This document shows, piece by piece, positions 50,766 through 59,675 of a DNA stretch of 64,000 nucleotides (the stretch's first letter is position 1; each line of letters starts with the position of its first letter). The translations under genes and the position numbers were made by a program. This stretch comes from an uncultured Actinomycetota bacterium. Lineage in GTDB: Bacteria; Actinomycetota; Actinomycetes; Mycobacteriales; Jatrophihabitantaceae. Where the stretch lies: NCBI GenBank assembly GCA_963764485.1, contig CAVXSM010000002.1, positions 18,639-82,638 on the forward strand, given 5' to 3'. The notes below the pieces were generated by a model. It did no database searches. It was not told where the DNA came from and was given only the letters and a program-made list of their open reading frames with translations.

Positions 50766-50913
50766 GGATCCCCCTGTGCGTGTCGGTCGACGGTGTCGAC
50801 CCCCCGTACCGCGCCGTTGCACGATGGCCGCGACTCTAGGTACACGCTGTTGCACCTAGGTTGCTCGAATTCCGTTGCCGGACATGTCCGGTCATTACCG
50901 GCAACACGCAGAG

Positions 50914-51405
50914 TCAGACGAACCGTGACGAGTTGGACGACTGTGCGAGCACGACCGGATGTTCGACGTCGCGCAGCCGGTTCGACAGGCTCGTCGCGAT
51001 CCACATCGCGGTGCGCGGGTCGCTCAGCAGGGTCGCGAATTCGCCCGGATCCATGACCAGAATCGTCATCGGGGTCAGCGCGACCACGGTCGCCGAGCGG
51101 GGATGCGCGTCAAGCAGTGCCATTTCCCCGACCATGTCGCCGGCCGACGCGTAGGCGATCACCTCGCCGCCCACCCGGATCTCGGCCGTCCCGGACACGA
51201 CGATGAAGGCCTCCCGCCCGGGTTGCCCCTCGGACATGACGACCGCGCCCGGCGCCAGATCCCGATCGCAGAGCAGCGCATCGACCGCCTCGAGGTCGGC
51301 ATCGCCGTAGTGCGCGAAGATCGACAACGAGCGCAGGAGGTCGAGCCGCTCCTCCGACACCCTGGTCGAGCGGGGCCGCCGATGCCACAAGAGATGTCTC
51401 GTCAC
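50914..51405 (-). CDS. Stand-alone cyclic nucleotide-binding domain protein
   Basis: EG..G...FIVVSG...GDMVGEMALLDAHPRSATV; no HTH follows. Confidence 0.88.
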   Translation of the reverse strand: MTRHLLWHRRPRSTRVSEERLDLLRSLSIFAHYGDADLEAVDALLCDRDLAPGAVVMSEGQPGREAFIVVSGTAEIRVGGEVIAYASAGDMVGEMALLDAHPRSATVVALTPMTILVMDPGEFATLLSDPRTAMWIATSLSNRLRDVEHPVVLAQSSNSSRFV

Positions 51406-51525
51406 GTCACCGACTGTGCCTCCCGCTCGTTAACTGGCCGCAGCGACTTGATAGCGCGGGGCTCTGGGGCGGGCCGGCTGTGGTGGTCCGCGGCCGGGGG
51501 ATGTCGAGTGCCGAGGGGGCCGCGG

Positions 51526-51918
51526 ATGGACGCGACCACCGTCCTCGTGGTCGAAGACAACGACAAAAGCCTCAAGCTGGTCTGCACGCTGCTCGAATTG
51601 CGGGGATATGTACCGCTTGAGGCGCGTTCGGCGCAAGAAGGCATCCGCCAGGCCAACAAACACCAGCCCGCGCTGATCCTGATGGACGTCCAGCTCCCCG
51701 ACCTCTCCGGCACCGAGGCGCTGGCCCGGCTGCGGGCCAACCCGCGAACCCGATCGATCCCGGTCGTGGCGGTGACGGCGCTGGCCATGAAGGGCGACCG
51801 TGAGCAGCTGCTCGCGCTGGGCTTCGACGATTACTACTCCAAGCCGATCGATGTGCGCACATTCGTCGATTCGTTGCTACCGCTGCTCGACCGCGGAAAC
51901 GGATATGTCCGTCCATAA
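51526..51918 (+). CDS. Single-domain response regulator (DivK/CheY-like)
   Basis: LVVEDN, ILMDVQLP, VVAVTALAMKGD, SKPID. Confidence 0.92.
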   Translation: MDATTVLVVEDNDKSLKLVCTLLELRGYVPLEARSAQEGIRQANKHQPALILMDVQLPDLSGTEALARLRANPRTRSIPVVAVTALAMKGDREQLLALGFDDYYSKPIDVRTFVDSLLPLLDRGNGYVRP

Positions 51919-54712
51919 GCCGCGAACGCACCGCCCACGCCCGCTATCGCTGCGCAATCAATGGCGGCCACGATTGCCCTCCCTACGGCTCACCATCGAC
52001 GGGAGCGGCGGCATGCGGTCCGGACCGGTCGGCGCCGCGAAGGGGCGCGCACCCGACCGTCAGGAGGCCCGCGGCGACGAGCTGTCGCGCATGGCCGGCT
52101 CGGCGTCGCCGTCCGAGTTCACCAGTGGTCTGGGGGGCCGGGCCGCGCTGGCTCTGGGCCTGTTGCTGCCGAGCATCCTGCTGCTCGAGCCCGGCGAGGC
52201 GCGGTCGACGGTGTTCATCACCGGCTGCGGGATCTTCGCGATCTCGGCCGGCGCGGTGCTGCTCCGCTTCCCCCGGGCACTGCCGATGTGGCTGCTCGAC
52301 GGGTTGCTCATCGTCGCCGACGCGTTGCTCGCGGCGCTGGGCATCTTCGAGGACTCACTGCAGCCGGCGCTGCCGGGCACCTTCGTCCTCATCGGGACGA
52401 TCCTGTTCGCGGTGCGGGCGTGGTGGATCGCCTGCGTGCACGTCGGGCTGCTCGGCACGAGCTACGCCCTGGTCCTGGGCTTCGCCGATACCGGTCCGGG
52501 TCCGGTGCTGCGCTGGGTCACCGTCATGGCCGCAATCACCTGCGCCGGCCTGTTCCTCCGCTGGCTGGTCGATCAGGTGCTCGCACTCGCGCGGGACGAG
52601 AGCGCATTCCGCTCCGCCGCCGAGGCCGCCACCGACGAGTTGCAGCGAGTCAGCGAAATGCGCAGCGCCTTCCTGGCCCGGATGAGCCACGAGTTGCGCA
52701 CGCCGCTGAACGTCGTGCTCGGCTTCAGCGACCTGCTGGCCGAGCAGGTCGTCGGCCCGCTCAACGACAAGCAACTCGAGTACACCCGCGACATCAGCTC
52801 GTCGGCGCGGCATCAGGTCGAACTGGTCGACGAGGTGCTCGACCTGGCCAAGGTGGAATCGGGCCGCAGCTTCCTGCGGACGGACGAGGTCGATCTCCGG
52901 TCGATCCTCGGCGAGGCCGTGCGGATGGTCCGCGACAGCGCCGAGCGCAAGGGCCTGCAGCTCGTGCTGTCGGTGGAACCTGGGCTCGGCCTCGTCCTCG
53001 CCGACCGGCTAAAGATCCGCCAGGTCGTGGTGAACCTGCTGGCCAACGCGGTGAAGTTCACCCCGGCCGCCGGGCACATCCGGATCAACGCCCGGCCCAC
53101 CGGCGACCGGGTCGAGGTCACCGTGACCGATTCCGGCGTCGGCATGTCCTCGAGCGAGCTGGCGGGAGCCTTCGACGAATTCACCACCGCAGCGCGCATG
53201 GAGGAAGGCACCGGGCTGGGGCTGCCGCTCGCCCGCCGGCTGATCGAACTGCACGGCGGCTCGCTCACGGCCACCAGTACCCCGAACGGGGGCAGCGTCT
53301 TCCGCTTCGATCTGCCGCTGCGCAGCCCGGCGGCGATGGCCGCCGAGGCCGAGATGTTGGGCGAGGCGATCGGCACCGACCCGCTCACCCACGCTGATCA
53401 CTCGGCGTTCACCCAGCCGGGCTCGGTCGCCAACCGGGCCCTGATCGCCGTCATCGCCGGGCGGTTCCTGATCGCCGGCGCGGTGCTGTTCACGGTGCTG
53501 TCGATCGTCACGACCGGACCGCCGAGCACCCGGCTCACCCTCTTCGGGGCCGCCGTGATGCACGGTCTGCTCTCGGTGCTGGTGCGGCGCCGCATTCGCA
53601 CGGCCCCGAGCTGGCAGATCGAGACCCTGGCGTGGGTCGGCATCGCGACCGTCACCGCAATGGCCTACTTCGCCGACTCCTACATTTCGATCACCGCGCT
53701 CGCGTACGGCTGCGTCACCACGACCGGGTTCGCGCTGTGGCCCCGCAGACGGGCGATCATGCATCTGATCGGGATCGCCGGGGCGTACGCCGGCGTCCTG
53801 GTGATCACCTCGGTGCCCGAGGCGGCCACACAGTGGCTGGCCGTCCTCATCCTGCTGGCGTTCCAGGGCGAGATCGTGAGCTGGATCGCCGAACGGCTGC
53901 GCCGCCTCGTCGTCGAGGAGCAGTCGGCCCACCGCACCGCGGCCCGGGTGCGGGCCGAGCTGGAGGCCACCAGCCGGCACAAGAGCGTCTTTCTCGCCAA
54001 CATGTCGCACGAGCTGCGGACGCCGCTGAACGCGATCATCGGGTTCGCCGACCTGCTCGACTCCCAGCTCGGCGGACCGCTGAACCAGACGCAGCGCGAG
54101 TTCGTGCAGGACATCCAGCTTTCGGCCCGGCACCTGCTCTCGCTCATCAACCTGGTGCTGGACGTGGCCAAGCTCGACGCTGGTCGGATGACCCTTGACC
54201 TCGACGTCGTCTCGGTGCGGGGGCTGGTCGAGCGCGCGGTCAGCACCGCCCAGCAGACCGATCCGGAAACGACGCCGCCGATCGCGTTCACGATCAACCC
54301 CGGCGCGGACTTCGTCGTCGGCGATCATCACCTGCTCGAGAAGGCCCTGGCCCAGCTCATCTCGAACGCGCTGCGCTTCACCCCCGACGCCGGCCGGATC
54401 AGCGTCGTCGCCTCGCCGGCCGATCAGGACATCCTCGAGATCGCCGTCAACGACTCCGGCGTCGGCATCGCGGCCAGCCAGCACGCCGCGATCTTCGAAC
54501 CGTTCCACCACGGCAAGCCGCTGCACGTCGAGAACACGCCGCACGGCACCGGACTCGGGCTGGCGTTGGTGCGGGGGCTAGCCGAATTGCACGGTGGGCA
54601 CGTCTGGCTGACCAGCACCCCGCTGAAGGGGAGCACCTTCACGCTCGTCCTGCCGCGCCGGGTCTCGAGCCCCGAGGCTCTCGAATCGGCGATTCGCGTG
54701 CGCGCAGTATGA
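51905..54712 (+). CDS. Membrane histidine kinase with two complete TM-HisKA-HATPase modules (start uncertain: 51905, 52013 or 52091)
   Basis: SHELRTPLN occurs twice; NLLANAVKF/QLISNALRF, DSGVG and GTGLGL each occur twice. Confidence 0.88.
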   Translation: MSVHKPRTHRPRPLSLRNQWRPRLPSLRLTIDGSGGMRSGPVGAAKGRAPDRQEARGDELSRMAGSASPSEFTSGLGGRAALALGLLLPSILLLEPGEARSTVFITGCGIFAISAGAVLLRFPRALPMWLLDGLLIVADALLAALGIFEDSLQPALPGTFVLIGTILFAVRAWWIACVHVGLLGTSYALVLGFADTGPGPVLRWVTVMAAITCAGLFLRWLVDQVLALARDESAFRSAAEAATDELQRVSEMRSAFLARMSHELRTPLNVVLGFSDLLAEQVVGPLNDKQLEYTRDISSSARHQVELVDEVLDLAKVESGRSFLRTDEVDLRSILGEAVRMVRDSAERKGLQLVLSVEPGLGLVLADRLKIRQVVVNLLANAVKFTPAAGHIRINARPTGDRVEVTVTDSGVGMSSSELAGAFDEFTTAARMEEGTGLGLPLARRLIELHGGSLTATSTPNGGSVFRFDLPLRSPAAMAAEAEMLGEAIGTDPLTHADHSAFTQPGSVANRALIAVIAGRFLIAGAVLFTVLSIVTTGPPSTRLTLFGAAVMHGLLSVLVRRRIRTAPSWQIETLAWVGIATVTAMAYFADSYISITALAYGCVTTTGFALWPRRRAIMHLIGIAGAYAGVLVITSVPEAATQWLAVLILLAFQGEIVSWIAERLRRLVVEEQSAHRTAARVRAELEATSRHKSVFLANMSHELRTPLNAIIGFADLLDSQLGGPLNQTQREFVQDIQLSARHLLSLINLVLDVAKLDAGRMTLDLDVVSVRGLVERAVSTAQQTDPETTPPIAFTINPGADFVVGDHHLLEKALAQLISNALRFTPDAGRISVVASPADQDILEIAVNDSGVGIAASQHAAIFEPFHHGKPLHVENTPHGTGLGLALVRGLAELHGGHVWLTSTPLKGSTFTLVLPRRVSSPEALESAIRVRAV

Positions 54713-56667
54713 ACGGCGAGGTGCTGATCGTCGACGACACCCCGGCGAACATCCGGCTGCTGGAGGCCATCCTCACAACGCATGGCCACCAGGTGCGCAG
54801 CGCCGGCTCGGGCGAGGCCGCCCTGGCCCTGATCGCCAGCGAGAACCCGCCCGATCTCGTCCTGCTCGACGTTCAGATGCCGGGATTGGACGGCTACGAG
54901 GTGTGCCGCCGCATTCGGGCCGATCCCGCCACCGCGCAGATCCCGGTCGTGATGATCACGGCGTCCGGATCCGAGGACAAGGCGACCGCGCTCGAGTGCG
55001 GAGCCGACGACTTCATCCCGCGGCCGTTCGACCAGGCCGAGCTGCTGGCCCGGGTGCGGTCGTCGCTGCGGGTCAAGCAGTACCAGGACACGGTCGTCGC
55101 GCAGGCCGCCGAGCTCGGCGCGTGGAACCGCGTGCTCGAGGAACAGGTCAACGAGCAGGTCGAGGAACTGCACCGGCTGCAGCGGCTGCGCCGGTTCCTG
55201 TCCGATCACGTCGCCGACGCCGTCCTCAGTTCGGGCAACGAAGCCCTGCTGCAGCCGCACCGGCGCGAGATCTCGCTGATGTTCTGCGACCTGCGCGGGT
55301 TCACGCACTTCGCGGCGGCGTCCGAGCCGGAAGAAGTGCTCACCGCGCTGCAGGAGTTCCACGCACTGGTCGGCGCTACGGTCGCCCGGCACGCGGCGAC
55401 GGTCGGCTACTTCGCCGGTGACGGCGTGATGATGTTCTTCAACGATCCGATCGCGTGCGACAACCCGGCCCTGCGCGCGATCAGCGCCGCGATCGAACTG
55501 CGGGACGCGATGGCCCCGCTGGCCGAGCGCTGGCACGAGCGCGGCCACGCGCTGAGCATCGGTATCGGGGTGGCCTACGGCTTCGCGACGATCGGGCTGA
55601 TCGGCTTCGAGGGCCGCTACGAGTACACCGCCATCGGCTCGGTCGCCAACATCGCGAGCCGGCTGTGCGACTGCGCGGGGCCGGGCGAGATCCTGATCAC
55701 GCAGCGGGCGCACTTGGCGGCCGGTGACCGGGTGGTGGCGAGCAGTCGCGGCGAGCTGACCCTCAGCGGGGTCGACGCGCCGGTCGGGGTGTGGGAGGTC
55801 AGCTCGGCCACCGAGTTGCTGCAACCGTTGCGCGAGCGGGCGCCGGCCCGAGTCGAGAACGCCGTCGTCATGCCGGCCCCGGGCCCCAATCACGCCGCGG
55901 GGGCGAGCGGCGTCGAGATCCGGGTGCTCGGCCCGACCGAATTGCTGGTCGACGGTGCCGACGTGCCGCTGCGCTCGTTCAAGGTGCGGCAGCTGCTGTG
56001 TCTGCTGGCGGCGCAGCGCGACCAGGTGCTGTCCGTCGATCGGCTCACCGATCAGCTCTGGGACGGCGAGCCGCCGGACTCGGCGACGCCCACGTTGCGG
56101 GTGTACATCTCGCGGCTGCGCAAGTTGCTGTCCGGCGTCGGCCGGCAGTCGGTTCTCGTCACCCGGCCGACCGGCTACCAACTCGCGGTGGGCGACGGCG
56201 AGCTGGACTCGGTCCGCTTCGACCAGCTGGTCGCCCGCGGCCGGGCGGCCCTGCAGCAGGGCGACCCGGAGACGGCGGCCGCGCTGCTGCGCGAGAGCCT
56301 CGACCTGTGGCGGGGCACGCCGTACTCCGACATCACGAACTCACCGGCCGTGGTCACCGAGTGCGCGCGGTTGGGGCAGGAGCGGCTGTCGGTGCAGGAG
56401 GATTTCCTCGACGCCGAGCTCGCCTGCGGCCGGCACCGAATGGCCATCGGGCTGCTCGAGGCGCTCGTCGCCGAGAACCCGCTGCGCGAGCGGTTGTGGG
56501 CACAGCGCATGATCGCGCTCTACCGATCCGGACGTCAGCCGGAGGCGCTCGCCTCGTTCCAGGACCTGCGCCGCCACCTGAGCGACGAGCTCGGCCTCGA
56601 TCCGTCGCCTGAGCTCGCCGATCTGCACGGCGCGATCCTCAACCGCTCCAGCAGTCTCGATCTCTAG
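54709..56667 (+). CDS. REC - class III cyclase - SARP (wHTH + BTAD) fusion regulator
   Basis: LIVDD/LLDVQMP; FCDLRGFT, FAGDG, NIASRL; IRVLGP...YISRLRK, LWRG, PLRERLW...ALYRSGRQ.EAL...ELGLDP. Confidence 0.9.
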   Translation: MNGEVLIVDDTPANIRLLEAILTTHGHQVRSAGSGEAALALIASENPPDLVLLDVQMPGLDGYEVCRRIRADPATAQIPVVMITASGSEDKATALECGADDFIPRPFDQAELLARVRSSLRVKQYQDTVVAQAAELGAWNRVLEEQVNEQVEELHRLQRLRRFLSDHVADAVLSSGNEALLQPHRREISLMFCDLRGFTHFAAASEPEEVLTALQEFHALVGATVARHAATVGYFAGDGVMMFFNDPIACDNPALRAISAAIELRDAMAPLAERWHERGHALSIGIGVAYGFATIGLIGFEGRYEYTAIGSVANIASRLCDCAGPGEILITQRAHLAAGDRVVASSRGELTLSGVDAPVGVWEVSSATELLQPLRERAPARVENAVVMPAPGPNHAAGASGVEIRVLGPTELLVDGADVPLRSFKVRQLLCLLAAQRDQVLSVDRLTDQLWDGEPPDSATPTLRVYISRLRKLLSGVGRQSVLVTRPTGYQLAVGDGELDSVRFDQLVARGRAALQQGDPETAAALLRESLDLWRGTPYSDITNSPAVVTECARLGQERLSVQEDFLDAELACGRHRMAIGLLEALVAENPLRERLWAQRMIALYRSGRQPEALASFQDLRRHLSDELGLDPSPELADLHGAILNRSSSLDL

Positions 56668-56684
56668 GCGCGGCAGCTGACCGG

Positions 56685-57551
56685 TCAGCCCGAAAGCCTG
56701 CGGGCGTGGACCGCCGCGCCGATCAGCGGTGCGCGGTCGGAATCGGCGGCGATGCGCACCTCGGGCAGCCCGTTGCCCAGAGCGCCGGCCCGGAAAGCCG
56801 GCTCGAACAGGTCCCACGACGCCGACATCGAACCGCCGATCACGAGCACATCGGCGCGGAAGCCGGCGGTGCAGCGGCCGACCACGCGGCCCAGCACGGT
56901 CATCGCCCGTTCGAGCACCCGCCGCGCGATCGGCGAGCCGGCCCGGGCCGCCTCGGCGATCTCGCGCACGTCGGCCTCGGGATCGCCACCGGCCGCCGTG
57001 AACGCCCGGCGGATCGCGCGGCGCGAGACCGTGTCCTCGAGCGGTGCGCCGTCGACCGACAGTCGGTGGATCCGCCCGCCGGCCGGCACCCCGGGATCGA
57101 CCACCCGGCCGCCGACGAGCCACGCTGAGCCGACGCCCGTCCCGAGGGTGATGCCGGCGCAGCGCTGTGTCCCGGCCGCGGCTCCGGCGGCCCATTCGCC
57201 GAGCAGGAACGCGTCGGCGTCGTTGAGGAACGCCGGCTCGCCGCGCAGCCGCGACCGCAACGCGTCACCGACGTCGACACCGCGCAGGGCGGCGAGCTTG
57301 CCTACGCCTTCGAACTGCCCGATCCCGCGCTCGTAGTCGAACGGGTCGGGCATGGCCACGCCCCACACCGCACCGCCGGGGGCCGACAGCGAGGCGCCCG
57401 CGCGCTGGAAGCGATCCAGCAGCGCGCCGGCCGACGCGTCGGCGTCGAGAGACATGCGGGTCGTCGACGTCACTTGCCAGCCGGACGGCTCGACCAGGGC
57501 GGCGCTGACGTGCGTGCCGCCGACTTCGAGCACCGGGACGAGAGAAGCCAT
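56685..57551 (-). CDS. ROK family protein
   Basis: EVGGTH, NDADAF, ITLGTGVGS. Confidence 0.88.
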   Translation of the reverse strand: MASLVPVLEVGGTHVSAALVEPSGWQVTSTTRMSLDADASAGALLDRFQRAGASLSAPGGAVWGVAMPDPFDYERGIGQFEGVGKLAALRGVDVGDALRSRLRGEPAFLNDADAFLLGEWAAGAAAGTQRCAGITLGTGVGSAWLVGGRVVDPGVPAGGRIHRLSVDGAPLEDTVSRRAIRRAFTAAGGDPEADVREIAEAARAGSPIARRVLERAMTVLGRVVGRCTAGFRADVLVIGGSMSASWDLFEPAFRAGALGNGLPEVRIAADSDRAPLIGAAVHARRLSG

Positions 57552-57607
57552 GCCGCCGTTCTACCGGACCGGCCCGGGCCTGGGGGCGGCGAGGCCGCCC
57601 GGATCGG

Positions 57608-58810
57608 CTACTGGGCGATCTTGTACTCGCGGAGCAGGCCGCGGCTGATGATCGTCTTCTGGATCTCGGAGGTGCCTTCACCGATCAGCAGGAACGGCGC
57701 CTCACGCATGAGCCGCTCGATCTCGTACTCCTTGGAGTAGCCGTAGCCGCCGTGGATGCGGAAGGACTCCTGGGTGACCTCGGCGCAGTACTCCGACGCG
57801 AGGTACTTGGCCATGCCGGCCTCGACGTCGTTGCGCTCGCCGGCGTCCTTGAGCCGGGCGGCGTTGACCATCATCAGGTGCGCGGCCTCGACCTTGGTGG
57901 CCATCTCGGCCAGCTTGAAAGCAATGGCCTGGTGCTCGGCGATCTGCTTGCCGAACGTCTTGCGTTGCTGGGCGTACTGGACGGCCAGCTCGAAGGCGCG
58001 GATCGAGATGCCGCAGGCGCGGGCGGCCACGTTCACGCGACCCACCTCGACGCCGTCCATCATCTGATAGAAGCCGCGACCGCGACCGGCCTCGCCGCCG
58101 AGGATCGCCTCGCCTGGCACGCGCACCCCGTCGAGCACCATCTCGGTGGTCTCGACGCCCTTGTATCCCATCTTGTCGATCTTGCCGGGAATGGTCAGGC
58201 CCGGGCGGGTCTCGCCGAAGCCCGGCTCCTTCTCGATGAGGAAGGTGGTCATGTTCTTGTAGACCGAATCGCCGCCGAGATCGTCCTTGACCAGCGTGGC
58301 GACGACGCCGGCCCGGGCGCCGTTGGTCAGCCACATCTTCTGGCCGTTGAGGACGTACTCGTCGCCCTCCTTCGTGGCCCGTGACTTGATGGCCGCGACG
58401 TCGGAACCGCACTCCGGCTCGGACATCGAGAACGCGCCCCGGACCTCGCCAGTGGCCATCTTCGGCAGCAGCCGCTGCTTCTGCTCGTCGGTGCCGTGCT
58501 GCGCGATCATGTAGGCGACGATGAAGTGGGTGTTGATGACGCCGGAGATCGACATCCAGCCGCGCGCGATCTGTTCGACCACGAGCGCGTAGGTGAGAAG
58601 TGACTCGCCGAGACCGCCGTACTCCTCGGAGATCATCAGCCCGAAGAGGCCCATCTCCTTCATGCCTTCGACGATCGCCTCAGGGAACTCGTCCTTGTGC
58701 TCGAGCTCGGTGGCGTAGGGAATGATCTCCTTGTCCACGAACGTCTTCACCGCCGACAGGATCTCGGTCTGGATCTCGGTGAGTCCGGCGGTCTGGGCGA
58801 GGCGGGCCAT
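57608..58810 (-). CDS. Acyl-CoA dehydrogenase
   Basis: FSMSEPECGSDV, LNGQKMWLTN, RKTFGK, HGGYGY, GEGTSEIQ. Confidence 0.95.
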   Translation of the reverse strand: MARLAQTAGLTEIQTEILSAVKTFVDKEIIPYATELEHKDEFPEAIVEGMKEMGLFGLMISEEYGGLGESLLTYALVVEQIARGWMSISGVINTHFIVAYMIAQHGTDEQKQRLLPKMATGEVRGAFSMSEPECGSDVAAIKSRATKEGDEYVLNGQKMWLTNGARAGVVATLVKDDLGGDSVYKNMTTFLIEKEPGFGETRPGLTIPGKIDKMGYKGVETTEMVLDGVRVPGEAILGGEAGRGRGFYQMMDGVEVGRVNVAARACGISIRAFELAVQYAQQRKTFGKQIAEHQAIAFKLAEMATKVEAAHLMMVNAARLKDAGERNDVEAGMAKYLASEYCAEVTQESFRIHGGYGYSKEYEIERLMREAPFLLIGEGTSEIQKTIISRGLLREYKIAQ

Positions 58811-59010
58811 GCGGATCCTCCACGGCTGCGCACGCGCCCGGTGGACGGCGCGTGTCTCGGGGATTTCGGCAAAGTATCCCCCGCGGGTGCCGCGCACTCC
58901 CAACGCAGGCCCGGTGAGATGACTCTCAGCGGCGGCCGCGGGCCTACCGCGCAGCGTTGCGGGCGGCCCACGCATCTAAGCGGTGACCCGACACCGATGA
59001 GGAGTCACCC

Positions 59011-59670
59011 ATGCTTGATCTTCAGGACATTCCCGCCCTCACCCCACCACGACGCCGGCGGGCCCTGCTGGCGCTCGCTGCCGCCGTCGCGATCGCGGCC
59101 GTGGCCGTCGTCGCGGCCAACCTCGGCGCAAGTGCGAAGCACCCCAGCGGCCCCGCGAAGGCGGTAGCCGCGGCCGGGCCTCGCCATGCGACGGCACCGG
59201 CGTGGACGACGCTGCCGACCGGGCACTACCTCGAGGCGATCGACGGCATCCCGGGCGCGACGTTCACCTCCGTCATCGGCGTCGGCAACGCCAAGACGTC
59301 GTGCGCGTGCGCGGCGCCGGGCGCCCCGTTCGGGGACCTCACCTACCAAGAGGTCCAGATCAAGAGTGATGAGGGCGGCCTCGTCTTCAAGATCAACGAG
59401 GCCGGCGGCTGGCGCCCGACCAGTGGCACCCCCGTCACGGTGAACGGAACCACGGGCTACTACGGCCGGTTCCTGCTGCACCCCGAGATCCCCCGCCATC
59501 CGGTGCCCCCGCGCGTCGCCCTCGCGTGGGAATACGCGCCGAACAGCTGGGCCACGGTCGGCAGCTTTACCGAGACGCCGATCCCGCTCGCGACCGCGCA
59601 GCGGATGGCCAAGCTGATCCGCATCGAGGTCGGCGCCGCGCTGCCGGATCCCCTGCCGCAGGACCGCTAA
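59011..59670 (+). CDS. Hypothetical membrane-anchored/secreted protein
   Basis: GAGGAG RBS; RRRR followed by a TM segment; PVTVNG..G...LAWEYAP pattern. Confidence 0.6.
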   Translation: MLDLQDIPALTPPRRRRALLALAAAVAIAAVAVVAANLGASAKHPSGPAKAVAAAGPRHATAPAWTTLPTGHYLEAIDGIPGATFTSVIGVGNAKTSCACAAPGAPFGDLTYQEVQIKSDEGGLVFKINEAGGWRPTSGTPVTVNGTTGYYGRFLLHPEIPRHPVPPRVALAWEYAPNSWATVGSFTETPIPLATAQRMAKLIRIEVGAALPDPLPQDR

Positions 59671-59675
59671 GGGGG

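Noticed and set aside
45872-56667. Pycsar or CBASS anti-phage system
   Set aside because: The cyclases are large multidomain signalling types, the cNMP-binding protein has no TIR or TM effector, and there is no CD-NTase motif. A defence role is not excluded but it is not a canonical system.
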